Shown here piece after piece: positions 24,101 to 38,449 of a stretch of 64,000 nucleotides of DNA. The notes under the pieces were generated by a model that had not been told where the DNA came from, ran no database searches, and was given only the letters and a program-made list of their open reading frames with translations. Source of the DNA: Octopus bimaculoides. Its lineage: Eukaryota. Position 1 is the first letter of the stretch, and the number at the start of each line of letters is the position of its first letter. The stretch is from positions 129,044,004 to 129,108,003 of the forward strand of contig NC_068984.1 of assembly GCF_001194135.2 (NCBI RefSeq). The letters run 5' to 3'. The position numbers and the translations under genes were made by a program.

Positions 24101-25699
24101 TATCATAGCAGTCAAAGTTTTGTAAGTTATAAGAAGTCAACGCCTTTAGTGTTTATTGTTTCTTTAAATTTCGGATTCAAATGGTTTTCCGGACGTCTGC
24201 AAATTGAGTGTTGTCTTGAAGTATTTTAGTACTTTATTAAACACCCCCTGTTCTTTATTAAACACCCCCATTATGTGTCCTTTTTAAATATTTGAGCTTA
24301 AGTATTTGAGATCTTAATCCATGGTGCCTTCTAAATTGTTGCGCTTTTACGAAGTCTGAGTAACCTCTTGTATCGATATAGGCTTCCAAAACCGTGCCAG
24401 CATTATATTTCATCGTTTTAAACAATCGCGCCTATTGTGATTTTTTGCTATACATACCCACCCACTGTCACAATTCTTCTACATTTCTAGCTATTGGTGC
24501 TGCATTGATTTGTATTTTATTTGCTTTTCATTACCATGTTCTTGATAATCGTTTTATGCTGGAGTCGATGTGTTTGGTCTATTCACAGAATCGTTGTCAC
24601 TTTTCATACCAATAAAATCTTAGTGATTCTGAGAGGGTCTCTTGTTACGAGCATTCTTTGATTTCAGGGAATTCTTTATTCTTTTCTTCTTTTATATTTT
24701 TTGTTATATTTCAGTAATATTTTTCCCTCCTTTTCTTTAATCATGTCTTCTAGTTATTGATTTCATTAATAATCGACAGATCATTTCTTTTATTTATTTT
24801 TTTCAATATATCTCTTATTGTCATTATTGTTTCCCGTGTTTGCTTGGATATTCATAATTCTATTTTAGTAAATCCGAAAAAGTACTCACTTTTCTTTATA
24901 AATATCGTTGCTGCTGCTTATATTATTTCATTTAACCCGATGGTATTTTTGATCATCTGTTTTCAAGTTCACGAACCCTAAGTTGGCGTCTTCTTTTTCT
25001 TTTTTGTTTTGCTGTTTTATTCGTTGGTGTTATATGAAGATCTGTTAATTATAATTCTTCCATTATTTCCATTTTTAGATTATCATAATCATGATTTCCA
25101 TGTTTAAAAAATTTCCTATTCATACATCTTCCTCACATTCGCTTTTATTTTGCATTTTGTTTGTGTTATTCTAGTTCAGTTGTGTTGTTCAATATTAAAT
25201 GGATGTCTTAGTGTTTGGTTTTGCAGACTTTTGCTTAATTATTTACTTCGTTGGGACTATTTGCAGATATTTTGTCTATCTTCGTGATAATTCTTTTATA
25301 TCTTTATTATGTTTTCTTTATTTGTTGGTTTTGAGAATTTATCATCCTAAATTAGTGTGTTATTACTTTCGGATCAGAGGTAACTTCTCTCCAACTTTTG
25401 TGCAATAATCGTATTGCTGTGTCGTGTTATATAAAGGCTGTACTCTATCATGCACATAGAATAGGCGATTACATCTATCTTAGTTTATCATTGAGTTATC
25501 TGTCACTGATCCAGGATAACACGGTGCGCTCAATTGTGAACCATGTTACGTTTATCATAAATTGATCTGTATTAACACAGGTCGGCAATAAGTGAAAGAT
25601 TCTGCTTGTTATGATACCTTCCATGATTTTTTTCAGTTATATTTTTCAAATTATTTACTGATATATTATTAAATTATACTCTAGGCACCTGCGTGACCA

Positions 25700-25960
25700 T
25701 AGGCGCAAGCGTTGCTATGTTGTAAGATGTTTACTTCTCAAACACATGAGTGCAGGTTCAGTTCCACTGCGTAGAGTCCGAAGCAAGCGTCTTCTATTAT
25801 AGCTTCAAGCAGACCAAAACATTGTGAGTGGGTTTCGTAGACAGAAACTGAAAGATGTCCGTCGTATATATACGTGTGTGAGTGTGTGTGTGTGTGTGTG
25901 TGTCTGTGTGTGTGCGCGTGTGTTTGCGTATGTGTTTGTCCTCCCCCACCTCCCAGCACC
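25700..25960 (+). mobile_element. Degenerate SINE family A 5' part followed by a (CACCA)n-like repeat
   Basis: ggttcagttccactgcg...agacagaaactgaaaga. Confidence 0.7.
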
Positions 25961-26189
25961 ATCGCACCACACCACACACCACTACACCATACACCACCAC
26001 ACCACACAACACATCACATAACAAACATACCACCACGCACACACCAGCACTGACTACTTCTCAGCCCCACATTTTCACACCTACACATACACACACGCAC
26101 ACGTCAAGATCACCAGCCCTCTTCCACACGCACATACAAACTCTCTTATACACACGCACGCGCACCTTCATTTTGGGATCACCACTACT

Positions 26190-26430
26190 TTATTATCTCT
26201 CCTTCTCCCTAGCTTTCCTGTGTGACCCTTCTGTTCGGCATTCGCCGTGATAGATCGCTAGCCACTACACATTCTTTATTTTCTCTCCTTGTTTCTTTCT
26301 GTGTTCCTTTCTGTGGAAGAGTGTAGGCTCGAAACGTTAAAGACTTTTTCACTTCCCGAGCGTTATACTAATACTGCTGTTTGTTGTCTACACGACCTGT
26401 CTTCGTCTTTTGTTTTTTGTGAATTCTCCC
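26190..26430 (+). mobile_element. Penelope-like repeat end with degenerate hammerhead-like motif (26307-26342)
   Basis: CTTT-CTGTGGA-A-GAGT-GTAG-GCTC-GAAA-CG-TT-AAAG. Stems I and II and the loopless stem III are present, but the core deviates at A6. Confidence 0.45.
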
Positions 26431-26437
26431 TATATAC

Positions 26438-26490
<53 letters not shown>

Positions 26491-27453
26491 TAGATAGATA
26501 NNNNNNNNNNATAGGTAGGTAGGTAGGTAGGTAGGTAGGTAGGTAGATAGATAGATACATACATACATACATACATACATACATACATACATACATCATA
26601 CGGTATTTTCATTAACATGATATATAAATATAAACATCCTAACCTTTATCTTTATTCCTTTCGTGGTCGATAAAATAAGTACCAGCTGAACCTTGGAGTT
26701 TTCCCTACCCTCAGAATTGCTGTCTTTGTGCCAAAATTAGAATATGAATCAGTAATTTTACAGAGCTAAATTTCATCGACTACAGAAGAATCGACAGAAA
26801 ATTGGCCATGAACTTCTGTGAGAAATCAATAATTATTGGTCTCAATATGAATATCATCAGCTGAGTAGAGAGGCTGCAGACTATCAAATGACAGGCAAAT
26901 GTTGTAAATTTTACATGAGGTTTGTTTTATGACGATATTAGGAAGCAAGTTTGAAGTTGGTGAAAGTTTAATTGGAATGCTGCATAAAATACTCCTTATT
27001 TGCAAATATATGGATTGCTTCTTCCTATAAATTTCTATACTTGCCACTATTCGTGCTGTATACGTTTTGTGTTTTCAATTTAATGGTTAAAACAGATGGT
27101 CTTTGACATTTAGGAAAAACTTCTGTTCATCTGTAAAAGTCAAGGTTATTTGTTTTCTCCGCTTTTAACTGAATTATCTATAAGAAGTAAAAAAAAAAAA
27201 GTCATAAAATGCAAAACTGACCTGGTTTGTTTTCCTTCCACATCGTAAATACAATTACATGCATCTGTCTCTGTTGCTGGCTTAGAATCACAATGAATCT
27301 GGTACAAATATCTGAATGAGAGATGCTGTCAGAAACACACCATAAAAATAATTCATTATAATCTGTTTCATAGTAGCTACACGGGGCGGTCTCATTCATT
27401 GAGTTGCCTTACATAAATGCTATATAAATGGTATATAAATGAGAGACTCTAGA

Positions 27454-27484
<31 letters not shown>

Positions 27485-28009
27485 ACTATATACAGACATA
27501 GGCATACATACTTAATTATTACAGTATACTGATATACAGACATATATGCACAAAGGATATGCTGATCATTAGTGTCGTCCTTATTTCCTTTCTCATAGAA
27601 TTTGAATGTCTTGAACTTTCTGTTTAAACAGTCTATAATTATATCTTTTCTGTTCTTAAGAACGCCGTTGCCAGCCATAAGGATTTCCAGTACTTAAAAA
27701 TAACCAGCAGCTAAGTCATTCCCCTTTATAGGCATCTGTTGTACATAGTATAGACCATTATAATTTATACTCTATACGTTTTGATTTTAAATCACGTATA
27801 TTTTCGGAAAGTGATTTGGCACAAGTGCTTTTGTGTAGGAAAAAGGATTTTTATGTGAAGGGAATGTTGTGTACAAGTGCGATGTTTTAATACACATTAT
27901 ATTTTACACTAAGATATCCACAGATTTAAAAATTGGAAAAACAACAACAAAAATAACCCAAACAAATTTAGAAGCATCTCCGCGTATCTTTAGCTAAACA
28001 GAAAAAAAG

Positions 28010-28205
28010 GCCGGGCGAAATGCTTAGCAGTATTTCGTCTGCCGCTAAGTTCTGAGTTCAAATTCCGCCGAGGTCTCATCCTTTCGAGGTCGATTAAATA
28101 AGTACCAGTTACGCACTGGGGTCGATATTATCGACTTAATCCGTTTGTCTGTCCTTGTTTGTCCCCTCTGTGTGTAGCCGCTTGTGGGCAATAAAGAAAT
28201 AAGAA
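28010..28205 (+). mobile_element. SINE family B (long-tail monomer)
   Basis: Same as the first monomer of the 19785 dimer, ending gtgggcaataaagaaataag. Confidence 0.85.
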
Positions 28206-28703
28206 AAAAAGGCATTCCAGGTAATTCAGCTGGTCAGTTCAGCAGTCTATACTGAGTTAATCAGTTGTCCATTTATTCCCAGTAATCCTGCTAATCCGCG
28301 TATGTATCAAAGCTACAATTGGTANNNNNNNNNNNNNNNNNNNNNNNNNNNNNNNNNNNNNNNNNNNNNNNNNNNNNNNNNNNNNNNNNNNNNNNNNNNN
28401 NNNNNNNNNNNNNNNNNNNNNNNNNNNNNNNNNNNNNNNNNNNNNNNNNNNNNNNNNNNNNNNNNNNNNNNNNNNNNNNNNNNNNNNNNNNNNNNNNNNN
28501 NNNNNNNNNNNNNNNNNNNNNNNNNNNNNNNNNNNNNNNNNNNNNNNNNNNNNNNNNNNNNNNNNNNNNNNNNNNNNNNNNNNNNNNNNNNNNNNNNNNN
28601 NNNNNNNNNNNNNNNNNNNNNNNNNNNNNNNNNNNNNNNNATATGTACAGAGGCAAGTACACACAAAAGCAAGCACACACATTATGACAGACAGACACAC
28701 ATG

Positions 28704-28760
<57 letters not shown>

Positions 28761-29597
28761 GTGTCTCTGTTTGCGTCTGTGTGTTTGTGTGTGTGTGTGT
28801 GTGTGCGTGTGCCTGCATGCACGTTGGTGTGGGTGTTCTTTGATATATAAAGCGATTATATTAATGTTTTCACTATCGTAGGAGGGAAATTAATAAAAAC
28901 ATGTCTGTGCGTGTTTTCTGCCGACAAGACCAGAACAAAGTAGATTTAGTTATTTCATGAAAATGTCGATTGGGTGGGTTTCAATAAATATATTCTGCAG
29001 CCCAGCCCTACCTAACAAACATAGAACCGCCTAGCACCATCTAACATCATCCAGCATTACCTGACACCACCTGTAAATAAATACGGCGCTACCTAATTTA
29101 ATGGATGTTCGTAGTCGCTTTACTTGCTGAAAATTGCAGTCAAATTTCCCTCATATCACAACGTTAGAAAAAGAAACGTTGGACAATGTTGCCCTGATAC
29201 ACCTGAACATAGGAAGACAACGTGATGGTCACAGCTGGACCAACACGTCGGTCATCGATTATGATTTGCCTCTGGCTAAATAATAACAAAAAACAATAAC
29301 AATGACAATTGTTTTTGAGGAGATCCGCTCTGCAATCGCTCGACCTAATAAATATAGTGCCTAACATTCCCTCAATTCAGAGAAAGCTATCCTTAAAAAA
29401 GTTAGGAACATATTAATATATTCCTAAATATCCAGTCTCTATAAAAGGCGGAAAAACCTTATAAGGATTAACTTACATATGGGTAATAACATCAACTGCC
29501 TAAGTAAGAAACTAATCAAGGAGTCACTGCATGGAGACTTCTTGATCTTCCTGCAATAGCAACTAAATCATCTTCGTATCTCAATCTACGGGCTACG

Positions 29598-29671
<74 letters not shown>

Positions 29672-30366
29672 GTGTGTGTGTGTGTGCGTGTGTGTTTTAC
29701 ATGGCTTCCTAGATTGTTTGGAGTGAGAAGTGACGAAAACTTACTTCAAAATATAGAACTGATCCGGCAGTTTGCAACAGAGTTCCATTTAAGACACCTC
29801 ACTAAACCAGATTGTGTATTAAACCAGGCGATGGATTAAGTCTATCACCAAAGATAAGATACGGTAAATCTGATGTGATGGATGGATGGACTAGTAGCAT
29901 AGGTAGATGAAGACGTTGAGCGCGGTATGGTCCGGACGACGCTTTTAGGAGGCGGTATTTTGGGTCTGCTGTATAAGACTGTTTAAGGGCCTGTGAGAGA
30001 CACAAGAGCTACCCCGGGCGGCACCACACTCCAGCTACGTCACTGGGATGGCCGGATGAATCTCCATCACTCGATGATGACAATTCAGTTGTTGGATCAA
30101 CAGAAACACTTATTCATTGAATTCATTTCTCAACAGTGTTAAACTGCTAAAGTCATTATAATGTTTAAGCTAACAAGAGCTTGTATGCATGTGCTCACTT
30201 GACTTGTTAGATTAGAACTAACAGTCAAATCTTCCTCAAATTACACCCTACTGTCTATGTGTGCTTTGAGATATTCCCAAAAAGAACTAGTTTATATATG
30301 TAAGTATGTGTGCGAGTGTGTGTGTGTCCGTGTGTGTATGTAACTATGTATGTATTTATGTATATA

Positions 30367-30582
30367 CAGTAATCCCTCGACTATCGCGGGTGTTCCGTTC
30401 CCAAACCCCCCGCGATAGATGAAACTCCGCGAAGTAGAAACAGTACTCTACAGTATATTTATTTTATTATTTTTATAATTTGCATATATTTATTTTATTA
30501 TAAATGCAAGACAACGCCACAGAGGAACCGAGTAAGCTTAAATAATAAACCGCGATAGGTGAACTGTGATATGGCGTGAGAT
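30367..30582. mobile_element. Tigger-family MITE
   Basis: TA then CAGTAATCCCTCGACTATCGCGG left TIR, and a degenerate right TIR ccgcgataggtgaactgtgatatggcgtgagat. Confidence 0.75.
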
Positions 30583-30729
30583 ATCCATATCATAAGGCTG
30601 ATGTAATGACATACGTCTTTTTGTGTGGTATTGTTGTCTTATATCTATATGTAGTGAGCTGAATAAATAGATATATAAATAGAGCCACTGTAATCGCAAT
30701 ATTGTGAATAGAGGTGACAAAAGATAGCT

Positions 30730-30905
30730 TATTGTTGTTAGCTCCAGGTCAGCCCTGATCAGACTTAAGATCGAAAACATTTCAGCTATCTGTAACCATT
30801 CTGTCACTCTCTAAGTAACTAAGTCTTCATTTCCCTATATACCCTCTCTTGTTTTTAAGACAACGTGGTGGGATTTAACGGTGTTTTGTTGCTATTTATA
30901 ACATG
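30730..30905 (-). mobile_element. SINE-like family D 3' part
   Basis: ttgttgttagctccaggtcagccctgatcagac is the reverse complement of the family D tail. Confidence 0.6.
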
Positions 30906-31838
30906 TAGCGAGATCGCGTGAAGCTCTCATTGACTCGAGATATAAGGGATGTATATTGATTGCTTTGCTGAGAGATGAAGCAGAAAATGTTTCTGACGAT
31001 GAATGCGGTTAAAAAACAGAAACAGTCATTGTTGATAATTAGTTGCACAGCGTTACACAAGGTCAACACCAAAACAAAACCTTTGTATATTTTGTTGGTG
31101 GGAAATACATCACAAAAAAATATTGCTTTTCCAAATTCCTAACTTTCGCTAACTGAATAACAGTAATAAAATATTTAGATTCCGTTTATCGCGTTGATAT
31201 CAATATATAAATATTCATAAGAGCTATTGTCAAAGACCTATTGGGGTTGAGTAGCGTATTTCAGAAAGAAATAGAGTTTTATTAGTAATTTAGACTAAAC
31301 ATAATACAGTTAAAACTAACGATTTGTAGTTATTAAATGTCCAGTCATGTTTGTTTAGAAACTATAAATTTCAGTCATTAATATAAATGTCTGCCAAATG
31401 AATTATCAAACCAAATCATTGCATACGATGGCAACATAAGAGTTCTAGAAAGTCTTTTGTTAGTATTTTTTCTTATTAATGGTTAGCAATAGAAATATCG
31501 AAAAAGAATTTCAAGTGATTCTATTACAACATGAAGCAAACAAACAGCGTTTACAATTGCTTTTTACAAACTATTATTTTCTAATTTATCGTGTTAACAT
31601 TTGTCTAGTTACTGCATGATTTATGTCTTTCTATTGTTCTACTTCATAAATGAGTGTAGTTATAAATAAATCCATACTTCTGGCTCTTCATATTCCGATC
31701 TCAAATCCCGCCGAGATCAACTTTGCCTTTCATCATTTTGGTGTCGATAAAAACCAGGTGCCAGTCAAGTGCTGACGTCGATGCAATCGACTAACCCATT
31801 TGCCTCAAAACTAATCGACCTATGCCTAAATCAGAAAC

Positions 31839-31882
<44 letters not shown>

Positions 31883-32234
31883 TGCACACACACATACATA
31901 CACACACACACACACTCACTCTCTCACTCACTCACATGTAGATAGACATACACATATGAAAGGCAAAATAAGAAGGTTCCCTGACCAGGCCTAAATAGGT
32001 ATACCTGTACTCTAGTAAATGATGTCTCAAATAATATTTACTTTTGAGTACCCTACTCTTCCAAATAGTTCGCTTTAACTCGTACACAACAAGGCTGCCG
32101 CATCTTCCTCGCTTCAAAAGGATTGTGGGAATTGTCTCTGGTTGTGTATGACACGCTCCCTTCTCGATTTTCATAGTGTCCGATACTATCTCGTTAACGT
32201 GGTCTGTATATACCTACAGTATCTTTGTATATAC

Positions 32235-32321
32235 CAGTTCGAGAGAGATGTCTTCAAACGCTGTAGCTTCCGCAGCAATGGCTCTAACACCAAAATATAC
32301 AAGAGCGAGGATTGAAAACAT
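32235..32321 (-). CDS. Candidate first coding exon with signal-peptide-like N terminus: MFSILALVYFGVRAIAAEATAFEDISLEL
   Basis: ATG at 32321-32319, hydrophobic core followed by an A-I-A small-residue motif, possible donor CTG|GTATAT, CpG-rich unique DNA upstream (about 32400-32600). Confidence 0.2.
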
Positions 32322-33997
32322 CCTTGACGAATTAAAAATAAATCGAAACGGTTCTTTGCAGATGATCATTTATTCCGATCACCGAGTGGATGTTGCAACA
32401 CAGTAGAACCAATAAGCATTAGAAAACGAAATAAAACTAGCTACGCTAAGGACGGCGGCCAAGTGCTGATGGTCTTTCCTATCGAATGCTTTAGATTGAT
32501 CTAAGTTTATTAGAGACTCACCGATGTCGGCTTTATTACACACCGTAATGCATCGAATCTCGTAAAAAGATCTGCCGAGATTAATAGCTAAAATATCAAT
32601 GGCGGTAAAATTTCACGAAATAGTGTTTAATTTGACTTTAATCAATGTTAAAGGAATTTAAGAGAATTAAATGAGATTATTAAGGCAAGCATGATTAATA
32701 ATTAAAGTGGTTAAATAAAGACGATTGGCAATAAAAGAAAATCCAACATGATTTGTATGACCTTCACAAACAATATGTAATTATACATATGTAAATTCTA
32801 TTTCATTGGTTTTGCCAATTTATGAACACAGTTCATGGATTGTTGATCGTTACATACGATATTAGTCACAATTATGTTCAATAAAAAACATTTTTTTTTA
32901 TAAAACAAATGACACTTATTTAATTATTACTTTAGTCATTTCTTTTAAACAATTATTTTCAGTCTGACTATATGCGTGTGTGCGTGTGTGTGTGTGTGTG
33001 TGATAAATAAAGTAGTTTTAGAGCCATTTGGTGTATTCTTCTAGCATGTGGCATTACTCGGTAGATGCCCCTATTATAATTTTATAATTATATTTATGAA
33101 ATCAAATACTTTGTATTAATTTTTTTACTTAAATTGGCTTTTACATGCTAGCTACTTGATAAAATCCTATATAGGTTTTTATCCTGGATTATAATTGATA
33201 AACCAAGTTTATTCGCTGCTGAATTATTTTGGTTATTCTCACGTGGCTGAGATGAACGAACTAGATTTAACTTTTATATAAGCGTGAACATTTGTATATG
33301 CACCGTGAATACATCGTGTTCGTATGGTATATATAAATGTTTATAATTATGTACATATACATACATCTGCATAGTTATGCATGTATGTTTGATGTATATA
33401 TGTATGTGTTTGTGTGTATATAAAGGAATTATGTATATAAATAAAAATATATAAATTACTTTCAGCATATATCAAGCATCCCTGTTTCTATTGGCGTAAA
33501 CATGGCGGTTTTTCAGATAATGAAAATCTGTTATTAATTTCGGGCGTAAAATTGAAAATTTAGTTAAAACATATTCTTGAATGAATGAATGGTTTTGTTT
33601 AGAACTGCTGAATTTTAAAAATGTCTTTGCACATTATTTATTTATCAACATTGAAGTGTTACTAAAGTATATTCATAGATAAACTCATAAACCCAACTTT
33701 TTTCCAATAATCTATAAAACCAAATTTAATCTATGTATTTCAATTAAGTAAAAGAACAGTTTGTATTTCAAGTAGCAGGTATTCTATGCTTTCCTTGTAA
33801 TATATTTCTTACTGGGAGAATAAAGCAGATTCTTTCTAGATATACTGGCAATCTTCAGTTCTTGAGAGTTGAATATATAGATTAGGGACCATAATAGGAA
33901 AAAGAAAGACAAATATGTCTGCAATCGCTAGACGCATTAAAGAACTAAAGAAAACGCATGCGCCCGCACATGCCTACATGCAAGCATAAGCATATAT

Positions 33998-34037
<40 letters not shown>

Positions 34038-34042
34038 GTATG

Positions 34043-34090
<48 letters not shown>

Positions 34091-35571
34091 TATATATATA
34101 CACACACATATATATACACCCACTTATAAATATACAAATAAAGAAGATAATTGGATTCAGAGAATCCAACAGAAATTACAATAAGAACCCCTGCAAGAAA
34201 TCGGCTAGCTGTTCCAATGGTAATCACATTACGATATAGTTTAACTTTTCCATGCAACCGAAAATTCAGGACATACAAGTAGTATTGTCTTCAGGAGAAA
34301 ATTATAATAAAAATCAGGAGGTATGTATGAAAGATGAATAGTTTCATTATTTCCATATGATTACAGCTGTTTCGTAATTTTCCCATTCAACATTATATAC
34401 GTACATTTTACATCAATATGCATTGTATAATGCATCTGTATACTTCCATAATGATATATAAGAGAGAAATTTAACTCATCTGAACAAAAATACCGGAACG
34501 TGAAGATTTCATCCAGAATTTAACTTTGGTTTTTGATCAGATGAGTAAGTTTTTTCATGTTGATATACAACTCTATGTGTATATGATGCAAAATGTACGT
34601 TGAGAAAATAACAAAGCAGTTGTAATCACATGGAAATCATATGGAACTAATAGATCTGAATTCATTTCTAATACCACCTCTTTATATTAATACATGTATG
34701 CATATTATATATATATATATAAGGTAAACAGAGTTAGCTCCACGCTGCAAGATAGTATGACTTTAACACATTGAGCATTCTGGCCTCTTCTCGAGGCCCT
34801 GTTCTTTTCTATTCTTTTCTATTCCCTCTTCCCTTCATTTATTTTATTTTACGCATTTGTATTCACTCTGATGATGTTCCATGTACTAGATTGAATGTGC
34901 TACGAAGATGACGAATATTATTTTCGAAATTCTTTCGTAAGCACCAACTAATACTGGAAGCGGAAACGGCCGTAAGAAATGTTACGTCATCTTATTTCAA
35001 GTTGTGTATTAAAAAATAATCTACCGATGTGGTTAAATTTGTTTGTTGATCAAAAGTCTTCTCCATTTTCTGATTATTTAAATTATATATATAGATATAT
35101 ACATACATACATATATATATATATANNNNNNNNNNNNNNNNNNNNNNNNNNNNNNNNNNNNNNNNNNNNNNNNNNNNNNNNNNNNNNNNNNNNNNNNNNN
35201 NNNNNNNNNNNNNNNNNNNNNNNNNNNNNNNNNNNNNNNNNNNNNNNNNNNNNNNNNNNNNNNNNNNNNNNNNNNNNNNNNNNNNNNNNNNNNNNNNNNN
35301 NNNNNNNNNNNNNNNNNNNNNNNNNNNNNNNNNNNNNNNNNNNNNNNNNNNNNNNNNNNNNNNNNNNNNNNNNNNNNNNNNNNNNNNNNNNNNNNNNNNN
35401 NNNNNNNNNNNNNNNNNNNNNNNNNNNNNNNNNNNNNNNNNNNNNNNNNNNNNNNNNNNNNNNNNNNNNNNNNNNNNNNNNNNNNNNNNNNNNNNNNNNN
35501 NNNNNNNNNNNNNNNNNNNNNNNNNNNNNNNNNNNNNNNNNNNNNNNNNNNNNNNNNNNNNNNNNNNNNNN

Positions 35572-35625
<54 letters not shown>

Positions 35626-35919
35626 CGTGCGCGCGTGTGCGCGTGTGCGCGTGTGAGTGTGTATGTGTGTATATACATATGCATACAAATGAATGGATGG
35701 AAAATATTCCTAAGTTTTTACATTACTGATATATTTCATATAACATATGCTGCAAACTTTTCCAGACATGTCATGTAATCTATCTTAATCCATCAATTTA
35801 TGTTGTCACCGTGTACACGACTCCAAAACTTGTTAAGAGAAACAGAACCGGATAGATCTTATATACGTATCTGTGTATGTGTACGCGTGTTTGTTCGTAT
35901 GTACATAAATGTATGTGTG

Positions 35920-35966
<47 letters not shown>

Positions 35967-36199
35967 GCGACAGAAGGGCAATGAATCATTCGTTCATCTT
36001 ATAGAGAACTACTCAATGCATTTCGTTGAAAGTTTCTTAGATTAACCAATCTGCTGTGTACAATTCAGTTTTATCCTAGAATTATACTATGGGAGTGCTT
36101 TAGCAAAAACATCCAAATGCGCCGATATATTAATGAGCCGACCATATTTAGATGGAAGGACATCGATAGTTGTCATTAAAATAATAATAATGATAATAA

Positions 36200-36551
36200 T
36201 AATAATAATAATAATCCTTTCTACAATAGGCACTAAGCCTGAAATTTGGGGGTAGAGGAATAGTCGATTACAACGTCCCCAGTACACAATTATCGTTAAT
36301 TAATGCTCGCCGCCTTAATTTATGATAATATTACTAATCCTTTCTACTATAAGCACAAATCCTGGAATTTTGGGGAAAGGGACTAGCCGATAATCTCCAC
36401 CCCAGTGTTGAACTAGTACTTATTTCGTTGACCTCAAAAGGATGAAAAGCAAAGTTGACCTCAACGGAATTTGAACTCAGAACGTAAAACCAGAAGAAAT
36501 GTCGCCTAGCATTTTGTCCGACGTGGTAATGATTCCAACCACCCTATGATG

Positions 36552-36597
<46 letters not shown>

Positions 36598-36850
36598 CAA
36601 CAACAACAACGACAACAACAACAACAACAACAATAATAATAATCCTTTCTACTATAGGTGCAAGGCCTGAAATGTTGGGGGAAGGGACTAGTCGATTACA
36701 TTGACCCCAGTGTTTCACTGGTACTTAATTTATTGACCCCAAAAGGATGAAAGGCAGCGTTGGCCTCGACAGAATTTGAACACACGATGCAAAGAAATGC
36801 CGCTAAGCATTTTGTCCGACATGCCAATGACTGGTGCCAGCTTACCATCT
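36200..36850 (-). mobile_element. Cluster of three SINE family B copies separated by (AAT)n/(AAC)n tracts
   Basis: Repeated aataatcctttctact...ggcaca/gcaaggcctgaa tails. Confidence 0.8.
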
Positions 36851-37744
36851 TAATAATAATAATAATATAATAATAATAATAATATAATAATAATAATGAT
36901 AATAATAATGATAATAATAATGATAATAATAACAATAGTGATCGTTATACGAGCTAAATGGGCATATATGTCAAAACGCAAGCAAAGATGGAATTCCGTT
37001 AAGTGTCAAATATATCATATAGATTTCCTTTTTATAGCATGCGTGCAATGAGTATGTGAACAATTGCGTTCGTTGGAAATTTTCTACTCAAATAGGGTTT
37101 CAACGGGCCAATCACTGCTTGACTGCGTTTAAAAAGCTTTTAATAATCGTATACACGTAGGATTCATATGTAGATTCCATTGACATATGATACCCATTGC
37201 CCATTTATTTTCACTTGATAGATAGCATTTATAATGTAGCTAGATATTGGCAATCCAATCTCTATCTTTATAAGTATTATGATATGTTGCAAGCATCTAG
37301 GATAGGCACCGGATGGTGTGATTTATTTGTTCTCATAAAGGGATTGCAGAATGACCGCCATACATCGGCGAGCTATTCAAATTTCAGGCACCACAAAGTA
37401 TATACATATATATATATATANNNNNNNNNNTTCAAGATAAGACGTTTAAAAGAAAAACGTCTTCCTTCTGTAGATGTGTAAATTGATAGAGAGAGAGAGA
37501 GATGGAGAGAAAGGGGAAAAGAAAGAGAAAGAGAGTGAAGGAGAGAGAGGCAGGGATGATTTTATTAATATTTGACTGAAGTAACAGAGTGGCTCAAGAC
37601 ACGAGAGTTCCTTGTGTTAGCACTTTCAAACTTGATCAGTCCTAACGCACGAAACTTTCGACATGCTTGAGTCACTCTATTACTTCAGCTAAATGTGTGT
37701 GTGTGTATACGAATGTATATATAAATATATATGTATATATATTG

Positions 37745-38084
37745 TGGCACTCCGTCGCTTACGACGACGAGGGTTCCAGTTGATCCGATCAACGGAACAG
37801 CCTGCTCGTGAAATTAACGTGCAAGTGGCTGAGAACTCCACAGACACGTGTACACTTAATGTAGTTCTCAGGGAGATTCAGATTGTGTGACAAGGCTGAC
37901 CCTTTGAATTACAGGCACAACAGAAACAGGAAGTAAGAGTGCGAGAAAGTTGTGGTGAAAGAGTACAGCAGGGTTCGCCACCTCTCCCTGCCTGGGCCCT
38001 TTGAAGATTTAGGTCTGGGAATCGAAACCGCGATCTCACGACCGCGAGTCCGCTGCCTTAACCACTGGGCCATTGCGCCTCCAC
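37745..38084 (-). mobile_element. SINE family C1 with intact tRNA-like head
   Basis: Head GTGGAGGCGCAATGGCCCAGTGGTTAAGGCAGCGGACTCGCGGTCGTGAGATCGCGGTTTCGATTCCCAGACC with A and B boxes. Internal deletion relative to the 12723 copy. Confidence 0.9.
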
Positions 38085-38418
38085 GTATATATATATAATT
38101 TGGATTTTTATTATCCCTAATAATATTATTTTATATATATACATATAATATTATTAGGGATAAAAATCCAAATTTACAGGTAAAAACTCAATTTCCCTAA
38201 AACTATATATTTATATATGTGTGTGTGTGTGTGTGTGTATACGTATACACAAGCATATATACATACATACATATATGGCAACACACGAATGTGTGTTACC
38301 AATTTCGCTGCTTTCTTTAGCATTTTTGCCCTGAATCATGCAAGACCTAACGTTATGTATACCCGGCTTTCGTGCACATATCTCTCTCTCTCTCTCTCTC
38401 TCTCTATGTGCTCCTCCC

Positions 38419-38449
<31 letters not shown>

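Noticed and set aside
24380-25400. Pyrimidine-rich block that might be a decayed retroelement ORF on the minus strand
   Set aside because: No diagnostic RT or endonuclease motif could be read; too many stops.
32176-32406. + strand ORF (SDTISLTW...ATQ*) after a good acceptor, faintly FN3-like
   Set aside because: Lacks convincing FN3 spacing, and it overlaps an alternative minus-strand candidate. Not separable without transcript data.
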